DNA of 64,000 bases from assembly GCA_964602605.1 (NCBI GenBank), contig CAZRRT010000001.1, forward strand, positions 16,796 to 80,795. The letters run 5' to 3'. Each line of letters begins with the position of its first letter. Position 1 is the stretch's first letter. This DNA comes from an uncultured Ruminiclostridium sp. (GTDB lineage Bacteria; Bacillota; Clostridia; Oscillospirales; Ruminococcaceae). The notes beneath the pieces were generated by a model that was given only the letters and a program-made list of their open reading frames with translations, was not told the origin of the DNA and did not search any database. The position numbers and the translations under genes were made by a program. Of the stretch, positions 9,656-19,286 are shown in pieces.

Positions 9656-9730
9656 TTCATTCTCCTTGTTGCTTTAATCGTTATTACACATTACTATTTT
9701 ATTCTAATCTGCAAGTATTGAAAGTTGTAC

Positions 9731-9779
9731 AAAAATAAAAACGCTGAAATTTAAGTGAGTTAGCACCTAATTTCAGCGT
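9731..9779 (-). terminator. intrinsic terminator after the 96-aa gene
   Basis: Stem ACGCTGAAATT / AATTTCAGCGT (9741-9751 / 9769-9779). A T-run follows on the minus strand (9740-9731). Confidence 0.65.
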
Positions 9780-9808
9780 TATCCGTTTAAAAATTTTAAT
9801 AATTCACA

Positions 9809-10099
9809 TCAAGCGTTTTGGTTTTCTCTTTTCAGCCAAATGTAAGCCACGTCAAGAGCCTCGAAAAGTCCTGATCTGTCGCAGGATTTCTTGATTATTT
9901 TCCCGGGGTCTACTCCTTCCTGCTGAGTCAGCATAAGCCAAACCTTGATTTTATCCGCAACCTCCAAATCCTTTACCTTTCGTGTGGACATAATCTGCAA
10001 GGCGGCAACCGTTTCATCGCTCATATTTCCGTAATAAATCTGATTTCCCTTTCTGACAAGGGGCAGCCCTCTGTAAGTCATAAATTCGTTCTCTGCCAT
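9809..10099 (-). CDS. hypothetical 96-aa protein
   Basis: Clean ORF with its own terminator, downstream of the ABC/GldG-like cluster. No motif recognised. Confidence 0.5.
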   Translation of the reverse strand: MAENEFMTYRGLPLVRKGNQIYYGNMSDETVAALQIMSTRKVKDLEVADKIKVWLMLTQQEGVDPGKIIKKSCDRSGLFEALDVAYIWLKRENQNA

Positions 10100-10142
10100 A
10101 ACAATACCTCTTTCCTTATATATAAAACTTTATTTTTTAGCT

Positions 10143-11645
10143 TTAATAATTCTGTACTATCTCCTCGCCTGCCAAAAATGCCTTTGCGTTTTCCAAAAGC
10201 CGAGTTTGATAATTCCACTTGGTCTTAAACACATTTTTCCCGTTAATATCAATAATAACCGTTCTGTCAGAGGATTCGTAAAGGGTTACCGTGTCCGTAT
10301 CCCTGTCGTCCCTGTAGTCATAGCTGAAGGAGGCTATAAAATCTCCTTTTTCGTCCTCGGTATAAATTTCTTCCCCTCGACAGCCTACAAGGTATTGATA
10401 AAAGTTGCGGAACAAATCTCCGTCAATTTCCTTATCGTCCATATAAAATTTGGCGTCGTTGTTGTTTCCCTCTATTTTTACTTCAAATTCACAGCTTGCG
10501 TCCTTGTAATGAACAGTGTTCAAATCATAAATAAAGGGCATTAAAAACAGCTTTGACATATAGGTTGAAACGTCCATAGAGGTCCATATTAAGCTTTCCG
10601 CACTAAAGCGGAATATAATATCGGGAACCTTATTGCTGTAGCCGTAATAGCCGACGGTTTTTGTTTCGGTAACGCCTGTTTCCTCGTCCTTTACCTCCTC
10701 TGTTATGGCATTTCCTATATAAAGGCGGTAAATTTCTTCTCCCGCAAGCTGATCTACCTCGCAGAATGGGTCGTCTATACCGTACTTTTTCTTATCCTCA
10801 TCGGTAGGATTTATACATACCGCCTTTTCTGCGGCAAGTCCGTTCATAGCGTTAAGAAAATCATTGCCTATTGTCAAATCCAAATATACGTCATAGGGAG
10901 AGGTAAAGGTATATGAAAATACCTGTACGCTGGTGCTGTCCTCCGGCAATTCGGGCATAGCCTCCATAATCAGCGGCAAATCCCAATCCTTGCGGGTTAC
11001 GGTAACCTTCTTTATATCGGGAGCGTTTGTTTGATCAAAGGTAGGCATTACCGTTGTGCCGATAAAATCATACTCGTCATAAGAGGTAAAGGCGTTGAGA
11101 GAATAATTGTAATAGGAATAAACGGTATTGCTTCCTTCAACCAAAAAATAGTTGGCTGCACCGCTGGTGACGGTATTTCCCACGATAAAGGAAAAGCTGC
11201 CCTTTTCATACTCCGCCTTCACCTTTGCTATAGGCTTGTCAAGTCCATATTGTGCCAAATCGGTCGCATTTTCCTCCACAACGGAACGGGCGGTCATATT
11301 TGTCAGATTGTTCACAAGGCTTGTGAATGCGGAGGTGTTGAGCCGCTTTGGGTTCAGCTTCTCCAAGCCTTTTATGGTATACTCCGCTTCTCCGTCCTTT
11401 TTGGAAATGTTAACGGTATATGTGCCCAAGTCGTTTTCCACCGCTACGCTTTTAATCTCACCCAAATCATTTGGCTGAACAATTAGAGCGGGATCTTCGG
11501 TGGTCTGTGTGGTTTGATCAGTCTGCTCCTTGTCGTCCTTTGGAGCGGTAAGGCTGAGAACCGTTACAACTCCTCCTAAAACCGCCAAGCCGATAACGGA
11601 AAAAAGAATTATTCTGAAATTTTTGCTTTTAGTATTTATCTTCAT
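10143..11645 (-). CDS. membrane-anchored DUF4340-like protein
   Basis: N-terminal TM segment followed by a large extracytoplasmic domain. It occupies the position after a GldG-like gene that DUF4340 proteins typically occupy. Confidence 0.5.
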   Translation of the reverse strand: MKINTKSKNFRIILFSVIGLAVLGGVVTVLSLTAPKDDKEQTDQTTQTTEDPALIVQPNDLGEIKSVAVENDLGTYTVNISKKDGEAEYTIKGLEKLNPKRLNTSAFTSLVNNLTNMTARSVVEENATDLAQYGLDKPIAKVKAEYEKGSFSFIVGNTVTSGAANYFLVEGSNTVYSYYNYSLNAFTSYDEYDFIGTTVMPTFDQTNAPDIKKVTVTRKDWDLPLIMEAMPELPEDSTSVQVFSYTFTSPYDVYLDLTIGNDFLNAMNGLAAEKAVCINPTDEDKKKYGIDDPFCEVDQLAGEEIYRLYIGNAITEEVKDEETGVTETKTVGYYGYSNKVPDIIFRFSAESLIWTSMDVSTYMSKLFLMPFIYDLNTVHYKDASCEFEVKIEGNNNDAKFYMDDKEIDGDLFRNFYQYLVGCRGEEIYTEDEKGDFIASFSYDYRDDRDTDTVTLYESSDRTVIIDINGKNVFKTKWNYQTRLLENAKAFLAGEEIVQNY

Positions 11646-11814
11646 TTAAAATCCCCGAATTTTTGAAAATTCCATAATAACAGAATTTATGTTACCATAT
11701 CTCAATTATTGCTATTAACGTTTAATTTAATAAAACCGCAAAGTTTATCTTTTTTATGAAAAATTCCGTAATATCAAAAATAGCTGATTTTGGTTACTCA
11801 CTTACAAAAGCATT

Positions 11815-13674
11815 TTATCTTCTTTTTCTCTTAACAATTATAACAACGCCAACAGCTATCACAATAAAGGGAACAACCACCGCAAAAATAACGGTGATAA
11901 CCTTTGCCTGTGTGCCGCTGATTTCAAATCTTTCCTGTGTAAAGGACTTGGGCTTAACGGAAATTTCCACCTTGTCCTTTCCTGTGGATATGTTGAAGAT
12001 ATTAAGCACTATATCCGAGTTGTTTATCCGATCCGCCTGTAATAAAGATGGATCGAGCATATAGTGGCTTCCCATAACGAAAATTCTGCTGTCAAAAGGT
12101 GTAGTTCCTTCGTAGCGTGTTTTTTGTGACTGAGCGGCTACCGTAAAGCTGCCCGATTCCTCTGCTTTAGAGGGATCAAAATCCGACGATCCGTTATAAG
12201 GCGCTATAACCGCTCCCGTGTAGGAGGAAATTATAGCTGTTGTTTTGTATATAGACTCTTCGTCAAACAGCAGCTTTATGGGCTTCATTCCGTCGCCTTG
12301 GGTTATTTTGGTGGTAACGTCCACGTCCTTGTTAAAATCGCTGTCCTCTAATTTTAACTGCTGAGTGGTGGGCGAATAAACAGAGCCGTAATCGGTGTTT
12401 GTCTGATAAACATAGCCCGATTCCAAGGACAGTCCCCATTCCTTGATATATGCGTTAATATTGGGCAGAACGTCTGTGCTTGCTTCTGCGGCATACAAAA
12501 GATTTTTGCCGTACTTTCCGCCGTTGTCAAGCCACATATCGATTTTGTTTATATTGTCATTGTCAAAGTCGTAAATGGGAGCATAGATTACCACAAAGTC
12601 AATATCCGAGTCGATTTTATCCAAGGTGGTAAGCTTTATTGGCTCTATTGTGTATGCGTTAGCCTTTAGCAATTCGGTAAGTCCCGCAGGCTCGCTGCAT
12701 CCGAAATCCTCACTGACATAAGCAACACGTACGGGATTTTCGTTAGTAACGCTCATAATAGCCGAAAGAATAGAGGATTCGGAGGCGGCAAAAAACTCGC
12801 AGGTCAGCCGTCCCGTTTGTGCAAGCCCCATTTGATAGTAGTAGGAGTAATACTCTGCGCTTATTTCCTGCCCGTCCAAACTGTATTTGGGCGATAAATA
12901 ATCGTTGGCGCTGATTATAAGATTTCTGCCTGTTTTCTTTGATTCTACTATAATACTGTTTTTGCTGAGTGTTGCGCTGTATTTGGAGTAAAATCCCGGG
13001 TTGTCGTCAAGGCTTCTGTAATAGGAGGAAAATTTTGGATTGGCGGCAACAAAGGCTTTAATAATTTGGCTTACCTGCTGTCCCACCTGAATACCCTGAA
13101 GTGAATAATTGGCAAACTCCGAATCGCTGGAAGTAACGATTATGGAAACCTCGTCGTCAACCTTTGAAAGATAGTCGGAGGTGGTGGAATCTATGGAATA
13201 AAGGGATTTATCCGACAAATCCGCAGAAAAGTCAAAACGCTCCAAAACCATATTGAAAATCACATTCACCAGCACAATAGCCGCCACGAATATAACGGTA
13301 AAGGTAACCGCCAGCGCACCGTGCTTAAGCCGCTTGCTTCTTCCCGCCTTGCCCTGTAAATTTTTCTTCTTCGGTTTTTCTTCCTTAATATCTTCTTTTA
13401 TACCGTCGGTTTTATCAGTATCATCTGATTCGCTTGATTCGCTGCCCGCTGTATTTTCGGATTTATCGGAATTATCCTCTGCATTTTCCGAATTATCCGA
13501 ATCCGATATTTCTGCCGATTGTAAATTGGCGGCTTCTTCAAAATCAGAATTGCTTACTGCGTTTTCAGCTTGATTTGCAGAGCTTTCTTCCGCATTATCG
13601 GCTGTTTCGGATTGAACACTTGTTTCCTCAAGCTTTTCAGGTTTTTTATTATACTTGTTTTTATTCTTTCCCAT
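11815..13674 (-). CDS. GldG-like ABC transporter auxiliary component (ABC_transp_aux) with acidic low-complexity N-terminus
   Basis: N-terminal and C-terminal TM anchors flank a large external domain. The first ~110 aa are D/E/S/N-rich. Lies downstream of an ABC-2 permease and ATPase. Confidence 0.6.
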   Translation of the reverse strand: MGKNKNKYNKKPEKLEETSVQSETADNAEESSANQAENAVSNSDFEEAANLQSAEISDSDNSENAEDNSDKSENTAGSESSESDDTDKTDGIKEDIKEEKPKKKNLQGKAGRSKRLKHGALAVTFTVIFVAAIVLVNVIFNMVLERFDFSADLSDKSLYSIDSTTSDYLSKVDDEVSIIVTSSDSEFANYSLQGIQVGQQVSQIIKAFVAANPKFSSYYRSLDDNPGFYSKYSATLSKNSIIVESKKTGRNLIISANDYLSPKYSLDGQEISAEYYSYYYQMGLAQTGRLTCEFFAASESSILSAIMSVTNENPVRVAYVSEDFGCSEPAGLTELLKANAYTIEPIKLTTLDKIDSDIDFVVIYAPIYDFDNDNINKIDMWLDNGGKYGKNLLYAAEASTDVLPNINAYIKEWGLSLESGYVYQTNTDYGSVYSPTTQQLKLEDSDFNKDVDVTTKITQGDGMKPIKLLFDEESIYKTTAIISSYTGAVIAPYNGSSDFDPSKAEESGSFTVAAQSQKTRYEGTTPFDSRIFVMGSHYMLDPSLLQADRINNSDIVLNIFNISTGKDKVEISVKPKSFTQERFEISGTQAKVITVIFAVVVPFIVIAVGVVIIVKRKRR

Positions 13675-13694
13675 TATTATCTCCTATAAACTGT

Positions 13695-14399
13695 TTACGC
13701 CCATCTTTTCTTTTCCAAAACTCTTACCGTCAGGAAAATGAAAATAAATATAACGCTTAAGAAAAATACAATATTTGAAAGGCTGAACACGCCTAATGTA
13801 AATTGGTTGTACTTTGAGAAAAACGAGAGAGAACGGCAAACGTCCTGAAGGAATTTTGCCGGAAGCGCACCTGCAAGGGAGTCGATCAGCATAAAGCCTA
13901 AGTTAAGACCTATGCTGCCTACCGCCGCTATCATCTGATTTTCCGTCAATGTGGATATAAACAGTCCCGACGCCACAAACACGCCGCCCATAAGCAGCAT
14001 ACCAAAAATATTACCCAAAATAATCGCCCAATTAACGGTGGTGAAAATGCTTAACACCAATCCGTACACAAGGAAAATCAGGGTGCATACCGTCAAAATC
14101 AAAAATGCAGACAAAAATTTTCCCATAACAAGACGGGGCAGACTTACCGGCGAGGTAAGCAGCAGCTGATCGGTTTTCTGCCTGTTTTCCTCCGCCATAA
14201 GCCGCATAGTGAGAATGGGTATCATAATCATCATTACAAAGAACATTCCGATATATACGCTCTCCATATTGGCGGACTGATAGGACAATGTAAATAGGAA
14301 CAAAAACAGTCCCGAAAACAAATAATACACAGCCACAAACACATAACCCAAGGGCGATGTAAAATAGGACAAAAGCTCACGCTTCATAATCGCAAACAT
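13695..14399 (-). CDS. ABC-2 type transporter permease (GldF-like)
   Basis: 234-aa six-TM-like protein between the ATPase and the GldG-like gene. Confidence 0.7.
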   Translation of the reverse strand: MFAIMKRELLSYFTSPLGYVFVAVYYLFSGLFLFLFTLSYQSANMESVYIGMFFVMMIMIPILTMRLMAEENRQKTDQLLLTSPVSLPRLVMGKFLSAFLILTVCTLIFLVYGLVLSIFTTVNWAIILGNIFGMLLMGGVFVASGLFISTLTENQMIAAVGSIGLNLGFMLIDSLAGALPAKFLQDVCRSLSFFSKYNQFTLGVFSLSNIVFFLSVIFIFIFLTVRVLEKKRWA

Positions 14400-14468
14400 A
14401 TTATGAACCTCTCATATTTGAAAAATAATTGTTGATAAACACTATAAACCGAAAAGCAAGGCGTTTTT

Positions 14469-15425
14469 TCATTTTTTATCAACGCCGCCGTAATTGTCGC
14501 CGGTGGTAAGCTTTAAGAAGATTTCCTCCAAGGTAAGCTCGTTGGATTTCATCATAAGTATGGGGTAGTTTCTGGAGGAAAGCTTTTTGGAAATCTCACG
14601 CCGCAAATCCTTGCCGTTAGCCGCTTCCAAGAAATATTCATAAACTCCCGGCTCAGCCTCTCTGTTTACATAAACTCTCTCCATACCCGAAATAGAGGAC
14701 AGCAGCTTTTTTACCTCCTCGCTGTTTCCCTCGGTGCGAATAACCAATTTGTGATCTGAGGAAAGGTTTCTTGCCAAAGCGTCGGTGGTGTCGTTGGCAA
14801 CAATGCTGCCGCTGTTTATAACCACAATTCTGTCGCACACCGCCTGTACCTCGGGGAGAATGTGGGAGGACAAAATAACGGTATGGTGCTTGCCCAATTT
14901 TTTAATCAATGTGCGTATCTCTATTATCTGCTTGGGATCTAAGCCTACAGTGGGTTCGTCCAAAATCAACACTCCCGGATTTCCCACAAGTGCCTGCGCA
15001 ACGCCCACACGCTGCTGATAGCCCTTTGACAGATTGCGGATAAGGCGGTTTTTCACATCGGTTATTCTCACCAAATCGCAAATCTCCGCCAAATGGCTTT
15101 CTCTCGGGATTTTGCTCTTTTTCAAGCTGTATACAAAGTTTAAATACTCTTTAACGGTCATATCGCCGTAAACAGGCGGCTTTTCGGGAAGATAGCCTAT
15201 ATGCTTTTTTGCGGCGATAGGATCTTCAAGCACATCTATGCCGTTTATAAGAGCAGTTCCCGATGTGGAGCTGATATATCCTGTCAGCATATTCATAGTG
15301 GTGGATTTTCCCGCACCGTTAGGTCCTAAAAAGCCCAAAATTTCACCTTCGTTTACGGAAAAGGAAATGTTGTTCACCGCAGTTTTGCTTCCATACTGCT
15401 TGGTGAGATTTTTTACCTCAATCAT
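14469..15425 (-). CDS. ABC transporter ATP-binding protein (GldA-like)
   Basis: Walker A GPNGAGKST, signature LSKGYQQR, Walker B LILDEP. Confidence 0.85.
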   Translation of the reverse strand: MIEVKNLTKQYGSKTAVNNISFSVNEGEILGFLGPNGAGKSTTMNMLTGYISSTSGTALINGIDVLEDPIAAKKHIGYLPEKPPVYGDMTVKEYLNFVYSLKKSKIPRESHLAEICDLVRITDVKNRLIRNLSKGYQQRVGVAQALVGNPGVLILDEPTVGLDPKQIIEIRTLIKKLGKHHTVILSSHILPEVQAVCDRIVVINSGSIVANDTTDALARNLSSDHKLVIRTEGNSEEVKKLLSSISGMERVYVNREAEPGVYEYFLEAANGKDLRREISKKLSSRNYPILMMKSNELTLEEIFLKLTTGDNYGGVDKK

Positions 15426-15657
15426 TTTAATATCCTTTCAGATAACAATTACTAATTTAATTATAATCTTTTTAAGTGAAAGAAAAGTGACAGATTTAAA
15501 ACAAATTTGCGACTAATATTAACCGCATGAAAATTGACGCTCTCCTTTTTTGACAAGGAGTATCGCCGTGATTTTTATTATATATAAAACTAAGATAATT
15601 AAAGCTTCATATTATGAATTTGGTTTAAATATGATAGCCTTGACTATTATAAAAAAG

Positions 15658-16566
15658 CTATGACAAAGCCGCTTTTTTATCGGATTGAAGCTGCTGAGCC
15701 AAAAGCTGCATATTGTCAAAACGCTTTTCTTCCCGCATATATTCTCTTAAAACAACCTTGATTTTCCTGCCGTACAGATCTCCCGAAAAGCCTATTATAT
15801 AAGTTTCCATTTGAGGTATGCGATGCTCACCCTTGTCTAAAGCGACGGTGGGCTTCATTCCGATATTTGTTATGGAAGGGTAGTGGTGACCGTCTATTTC
15901 CGTCCAGCTTTTGTAAACTCCGAATTTAGGAATAACCATACCGCTTGGGATAACCTGATTTATGGTGGGAAAACCTATTTTTCTGCCGTTTTGCTTACCC
16001 TCTATCACCTTTAAGCAATATGTAAGCTCATAGCCTAAAAACTCGTTTGCCCTTTTTACATCGCCTTTTTTTATAAGCTCTCTGATAACCGTGGAGCTTA
16101 CCGCCGCTCCGTCCAAGGTGACTGCGGGAACAATGCAAACCTCTATTCCCTCCCTGCCGCAAATCTCTTTTAAATCCTCAGCAGTAGCCTTTCCGCCTTT
16201 TGCAAAGCGAAAATCGTAGCCGCAGGAAACATATGCCGCATTAAGCTTTTTCACAAGTATTGCTTTTACGAATCCCTCAGGCGACAAATCCTTTATATCC
16301 GCAAAATCGGGAGCAAAAATATAATCTGTGCCTATGCTTTCCAACAAATGGGTTTTTAAATCATAGGAGATAATGTTCTGCCTTGTTTTAAATTTAGGCA
16401 GCATTGTGTTGTTGTTAAAGGTAAAAATCACCGACTTAAGATTATTATATAACGCCTTTGTAAGCGATTTTTTTATTACCTCAATATGTCCTAAGTGCAA
16501 GCCGTCAAAAAACCCGAGAGCAACTGCGGTTGCTTCTCCGCAGCCCTTTTCCGTTATATCCTTCAT
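15658..16566 (-). CDS. ribF: bifunctional riboflavin kinase / FAD synthetase
   Basis: 302 aa. N-terminal FAD synthetase motif GFFDGLHLGH and C-terminal riboflavin kinase region. Canonical position after truB. Confidence 0.9.
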   Translation of the reverse strand: MKDITEKGCGEATAVALGFFDGLHLGHIEVIKKSLTKALYNNLKSVIFTFNNNTMLPKFKTRQNIISYDLKTHLLESIGTDYIFAPDFADIKDLSPEGFVKAILVKKLNAAYVSCGYDFRFAKGGKATAEDLKEICGREGIEVCIVPAVTLDGAAVSSTVIRELIKKGDVKRANEFLGYELTYCLKVIEGKQNGRKIGFPTINQVIPSGMVIPKFGVYKSWTEIDGHHYPSITNIGMKPTVALDKGEHRIPQMETYIIGFSGDLYGRKIKVVLREYMREEKRFDNMQLLAQQLQSDKKAALS

Positions 16567-16576
16567 AGTGCAAGCC

Positions 16577-16732
16577 TTAATCGTCCTTATCTTTACCGCA
16601 GCATTTTAAACAGCCGTCGTCGCAGCAGCCGTCAAAGGAATTTATAAAACGCGTTATGCAAAATACCAAGGTAACCACCGAAAGAATGAGCTGTAAAATC
16701 GACAAAGCTAATTTAATAGTATCTTTATTCAT
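16577..16732 (-). CDS. small (51 aa) single-TM protein with Cys-rich tail
   Basis: Sequence MNKDTIKLALSILQLILSVVTLVFCITRFINSFDGCCDDGCLKCCGKDKDD. The ATG overlaps the truB stop by 8 nt, and the stop lies 10 nt before the ribF start. The longer track ORF (to 16804) lies inside truB. Confidence 0.5.
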   Translation of the reverse strand: MNKDTIKLALSILQLILSVVTLVFCITRFINSFDGCCDDGCLKCCGKDKDD

Positions 16733-17771
16733 TGTTGTTTCCTCCTGCACTTGTATTATCAGCTGCATTTTCATTTTTATTTGCTTGCGGATTATCGGTT
16801 TCATTGTTGGGCGATGTCAGCGTATCAGTTGATTCCGAGGCTTGTTTATCGGTAGCTTCGCCGTTAATGGGCTTTTCCTCGTCGGAAACGGTGTTAAATC
16901 TTCTCAACACCTTCAAAGTGTGGTTGGGATCAATTTTGCCAAGTCCCAAAAATACGCCGTCGCTGCCCTCTATATAATATCCCAAATTATAAATTCTGTC
17001 AAATTTTATTCTGTCTGCGTCAAGCTCTGCGCCGTTTCTGAAAAGCCTTGTCTGTTCTTCATCAAGATGCGCTTTGGGAAGATTTTCGTACAGCTTTTCC
17101 AAGGGAATCAGCAGTTCGGAAAGCTCCTGGGGGGTTCTTCCCTCCAATTCGGAAAGACGAAAGCTGTTTTCTATGGTAAAAGAACCTGATTTTAACCTTA
17201 CAAGACTGGTCATAACCCCGCCGACGCCTAACTGCTCGCCTATATCATTGATAAGAGTGCGTATGTAAGTGCCTTTGGAGCAGGTTACAAGCATACTTCC
17301 CCGATTGTCCTCATAATTTTGTATTTTCAGCTCATAAACGGTTATGCTTCGAGGCTTTCTCTCTACCGTTTCCCCTTTTCTCGCCAAATCGTACAGCTTT
17401 TGTCCGTTTACCTTTACCGCCGAATACATTGGGGGGACTTGTTTAAGCTGTCCCGTAAACATTCTTTCTATCATAGGCATTTTATTTCGGCTGACATATG
17501 CTCCGCTGTCCGATATAATATTTCCCGTAATATCCTGCGTGTCCGTGGTAATTCCAAACTGAAATCCCGCCAAATACTGTTTTGTGCTGTCGGGGCAAAA
17601 ATCTGCGGCTTTTGTGGCGTTACCTATAAAAACAGGCAAAACTCCCTCCGCCATAGGATCAAGCGTACCGCCGTGTCCCACCTTTTTAGTGCCGAACAGC
17701 CGCTTTATCTTAGCTACGACGTCAAAAGAGGTCATTCCCTTTTCTTTATAAATACAAATTACACCATTCAT
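16725..17771 (-). CDS. truB: tRNA pseudouridine(55) synthase with low-complexity C-terminal tail
   Basis: Motif GHGGTLDP. PUA-like C-terminal region followed by a ~50-aa N/E/T/D-rich extension. Confidence 0.9.
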   Translation of the reverse strand: MNGVICIYKEKGMTSFDVVAKIKRLFGTKKVGHGGTLDPMAEGVLPVFIGNATKAADFCPDSTKQYLAGFQFGITTDTQDITGNIISDSGAYVSRNKMPMIERMFTGQLKQVPPMYSAVKVNGQKLYDLARKGETVERKPRSITVYELKIQNYEDNRGSMLVTCSKGTYIRTLINDIGEQLGVGGVMTSLVRLKSGSFTIENSFRLSELEGRTPQELSELLIPLEKLYENLPKAHLDEEQTRLFRNGAELDADRIKFDRIYNLGYYIEGSDGVFLGLGKIDPNHTLKVLRRFNTVSDEEKPINGEATDKQASESTDTLTSPNNETDNPQANKNENAADNTSAGGNNNE

Positions 17772-17824
17772 TTTCTGCCCTCTTTATTTGAGGTTATAAT
17801 TCGCAATATTCCTGCGGCACTGTT

Positions 17825-18784
17825 TTATGACTGTTGTGTCAGCTGCTCCTCCACCGCTTTTTTAATTGCGTCAACAATATCCTCAATCTTCATATTTTTA
17901 AAAGAACAGCCTGCCGCATTAAGATGTCCGCCGCCGCCAAACTTTTTGCATATTGTTTGAACGTCGGTTTTAAGAGATCTGAAAGAGGCTTTCCAGCAGT
18001 CCTCTTTTTCTTTGATTACAATACCCACTTCCACGCCCTCTATTGTGCGGGGAATGGCGGAAATCCCGTTTATATCCTCGCTGTCCACCGAGTCCAAAAG
18101 CTGCTTGCTTAACGCTACAACTGCGCCTTTTCCGTCCGCAAAAAAATCCAAATGCTGCAAAACGTACTGTTCCAATTTTATTCTTGCTCTTGACTTCATA
18201 TCAAAAAGACGGTAGTTAAGTGTTGCACAGTCAAAACCGTATTCCATAAGCTCTCCCGCTTTATCGTGGGATTCCTTTGTGGTGTTGGAAAATTTAAAAC
18301 AGCCTGTATCGGTGGCAATTCCCGTGTATAAGCACTGCGCCAAAACCGAGTCGATTTTTACCCCCAAAAGCTTTACCAAATCATATACAACTTCACAGCA
18401 GGCGGCAGCCTCGTCCCTTACATATCTCCTTTTTGCAAAAGGAACGTGGGACATATGGTGATCTATTGCCAAATCCACCTTGTCGCCGTACACCTTTTCC
18501 AATTTTCCCATAAGCGATTTGTCCGCAATATCTACCGAAACTACGGTTTTTTCTTCAAACTCCTGAATTTCTACAGCCTTCGGCAAATGGAAAAAGTTTT
18601 TAGGCAGCGGGTCGGCGCAGGCTATTTTAGCTCTTTTTTCCAATTTCTGCAATGCACTGCAAAGTCCGTATGAACAGCCGAAGGTGTCGCCGTCGGGATT
18701 TGCGTGGGAAATTATAAGAAAATCGTCGTTATCAAGCAAAAACCTTGCCGCTTCTTCTAAACTTATGTTGGTAGCCTTGTTCAT
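17825..18784 (-). CDS. nrnA: DHH/DHHA1 phosphoesterase (NrnA-like oligoribonuclease / pAp phosphatase)
   Basis: Motifs HANPDGD, DHH (AIDHHMSH) and GGGHLNAAG. Confidence 0.8.
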   Translation of the reverse strand: MNKATNISLEEAARFLLDNDDFLIISHANPDGDTFGCSYGLCSALQKLEKRAKIACADPLPKNFFHLPKAVEIQEFEEKTVVSVDIADKSLMGKLEKVYGDKVDLAIDHHMSHVPFAKRRYVRDEAAACCEVVYDLVKLLGVKIDSVLAQCLYTGIATDTGCFKFSNTTKESHDKAGELMEYGFDCATLNYRLFDMKSRARIKLEQYVLQHLDFFADGKGAVVALSKQLLDSVDSEDINGISAIPRTIEGVEVGIVIKEKEDCWKASFRSLKTDVQTICKKFGGGGHLNAAGCSFKNMKIEDIVDAIKKAVEEQLTQQS

Positions 18785-18855
18785 ATTTCCGCCTTTCTTG
18801 CCCTTTATGATGTTTTTAATACCGTAAGATCATAAGACAAATACAAAAGCTGCAA

Positions 18856-19257
18856 TTATTCAGCATTGTTATCCGATTCCGTATCCGAATCGGGATCATT
18901 TTTAACGGGCGGTAAGCTGCTGATAATTTTATCTATCTTTTCATAATAATCCAAGGAATTATCAGCTGTAAAAATCAATTCTGGGATTTTCCTCATTTTA
19001 ATTCTTGCGTTGATTTTCTTTTTGAAAAAGCCTTCTGCCTTTTGTAAAACGTTTATTATCTCCTCTTTCTTTTCATGGTCGCCCATAATGCTTACATATA
19101 TTTTGCAGTAGCTTAAATCCGAGGTTAAATCCACGTGGGTTACCGTTACCAAGCTTTCCGATGCGCCTGAAACACGTCTGTCGGTAAGCTGGGTCATAGC
19201 CACCGAAATCTCTCTTTTAATATCCTCGGCAAGCCGTCCCAAGTTATGATTAGCCAT
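18856..19257 (-). CDS. rbfA: ribosome-binding factor A
   Basis: 133 aa with RbfA-like sequence, directly after infB. Confidence 0.85.
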   Translation of the reverse strand: MANHNLGRLAEDIKREISVAMTQLTDRRVSGASESLVTVTHVDLTSDLSYCKIYVSIMGDHEKKEEIINVLQKAEGFFKKKINARIKMRKIPELIFTADNSLDYYEKIDKIISSLPPVKNDPDSDTESDNNAE

Positions 19258-19286
19258 AATAAACGCTCCTTAATTCAAATAAACAA

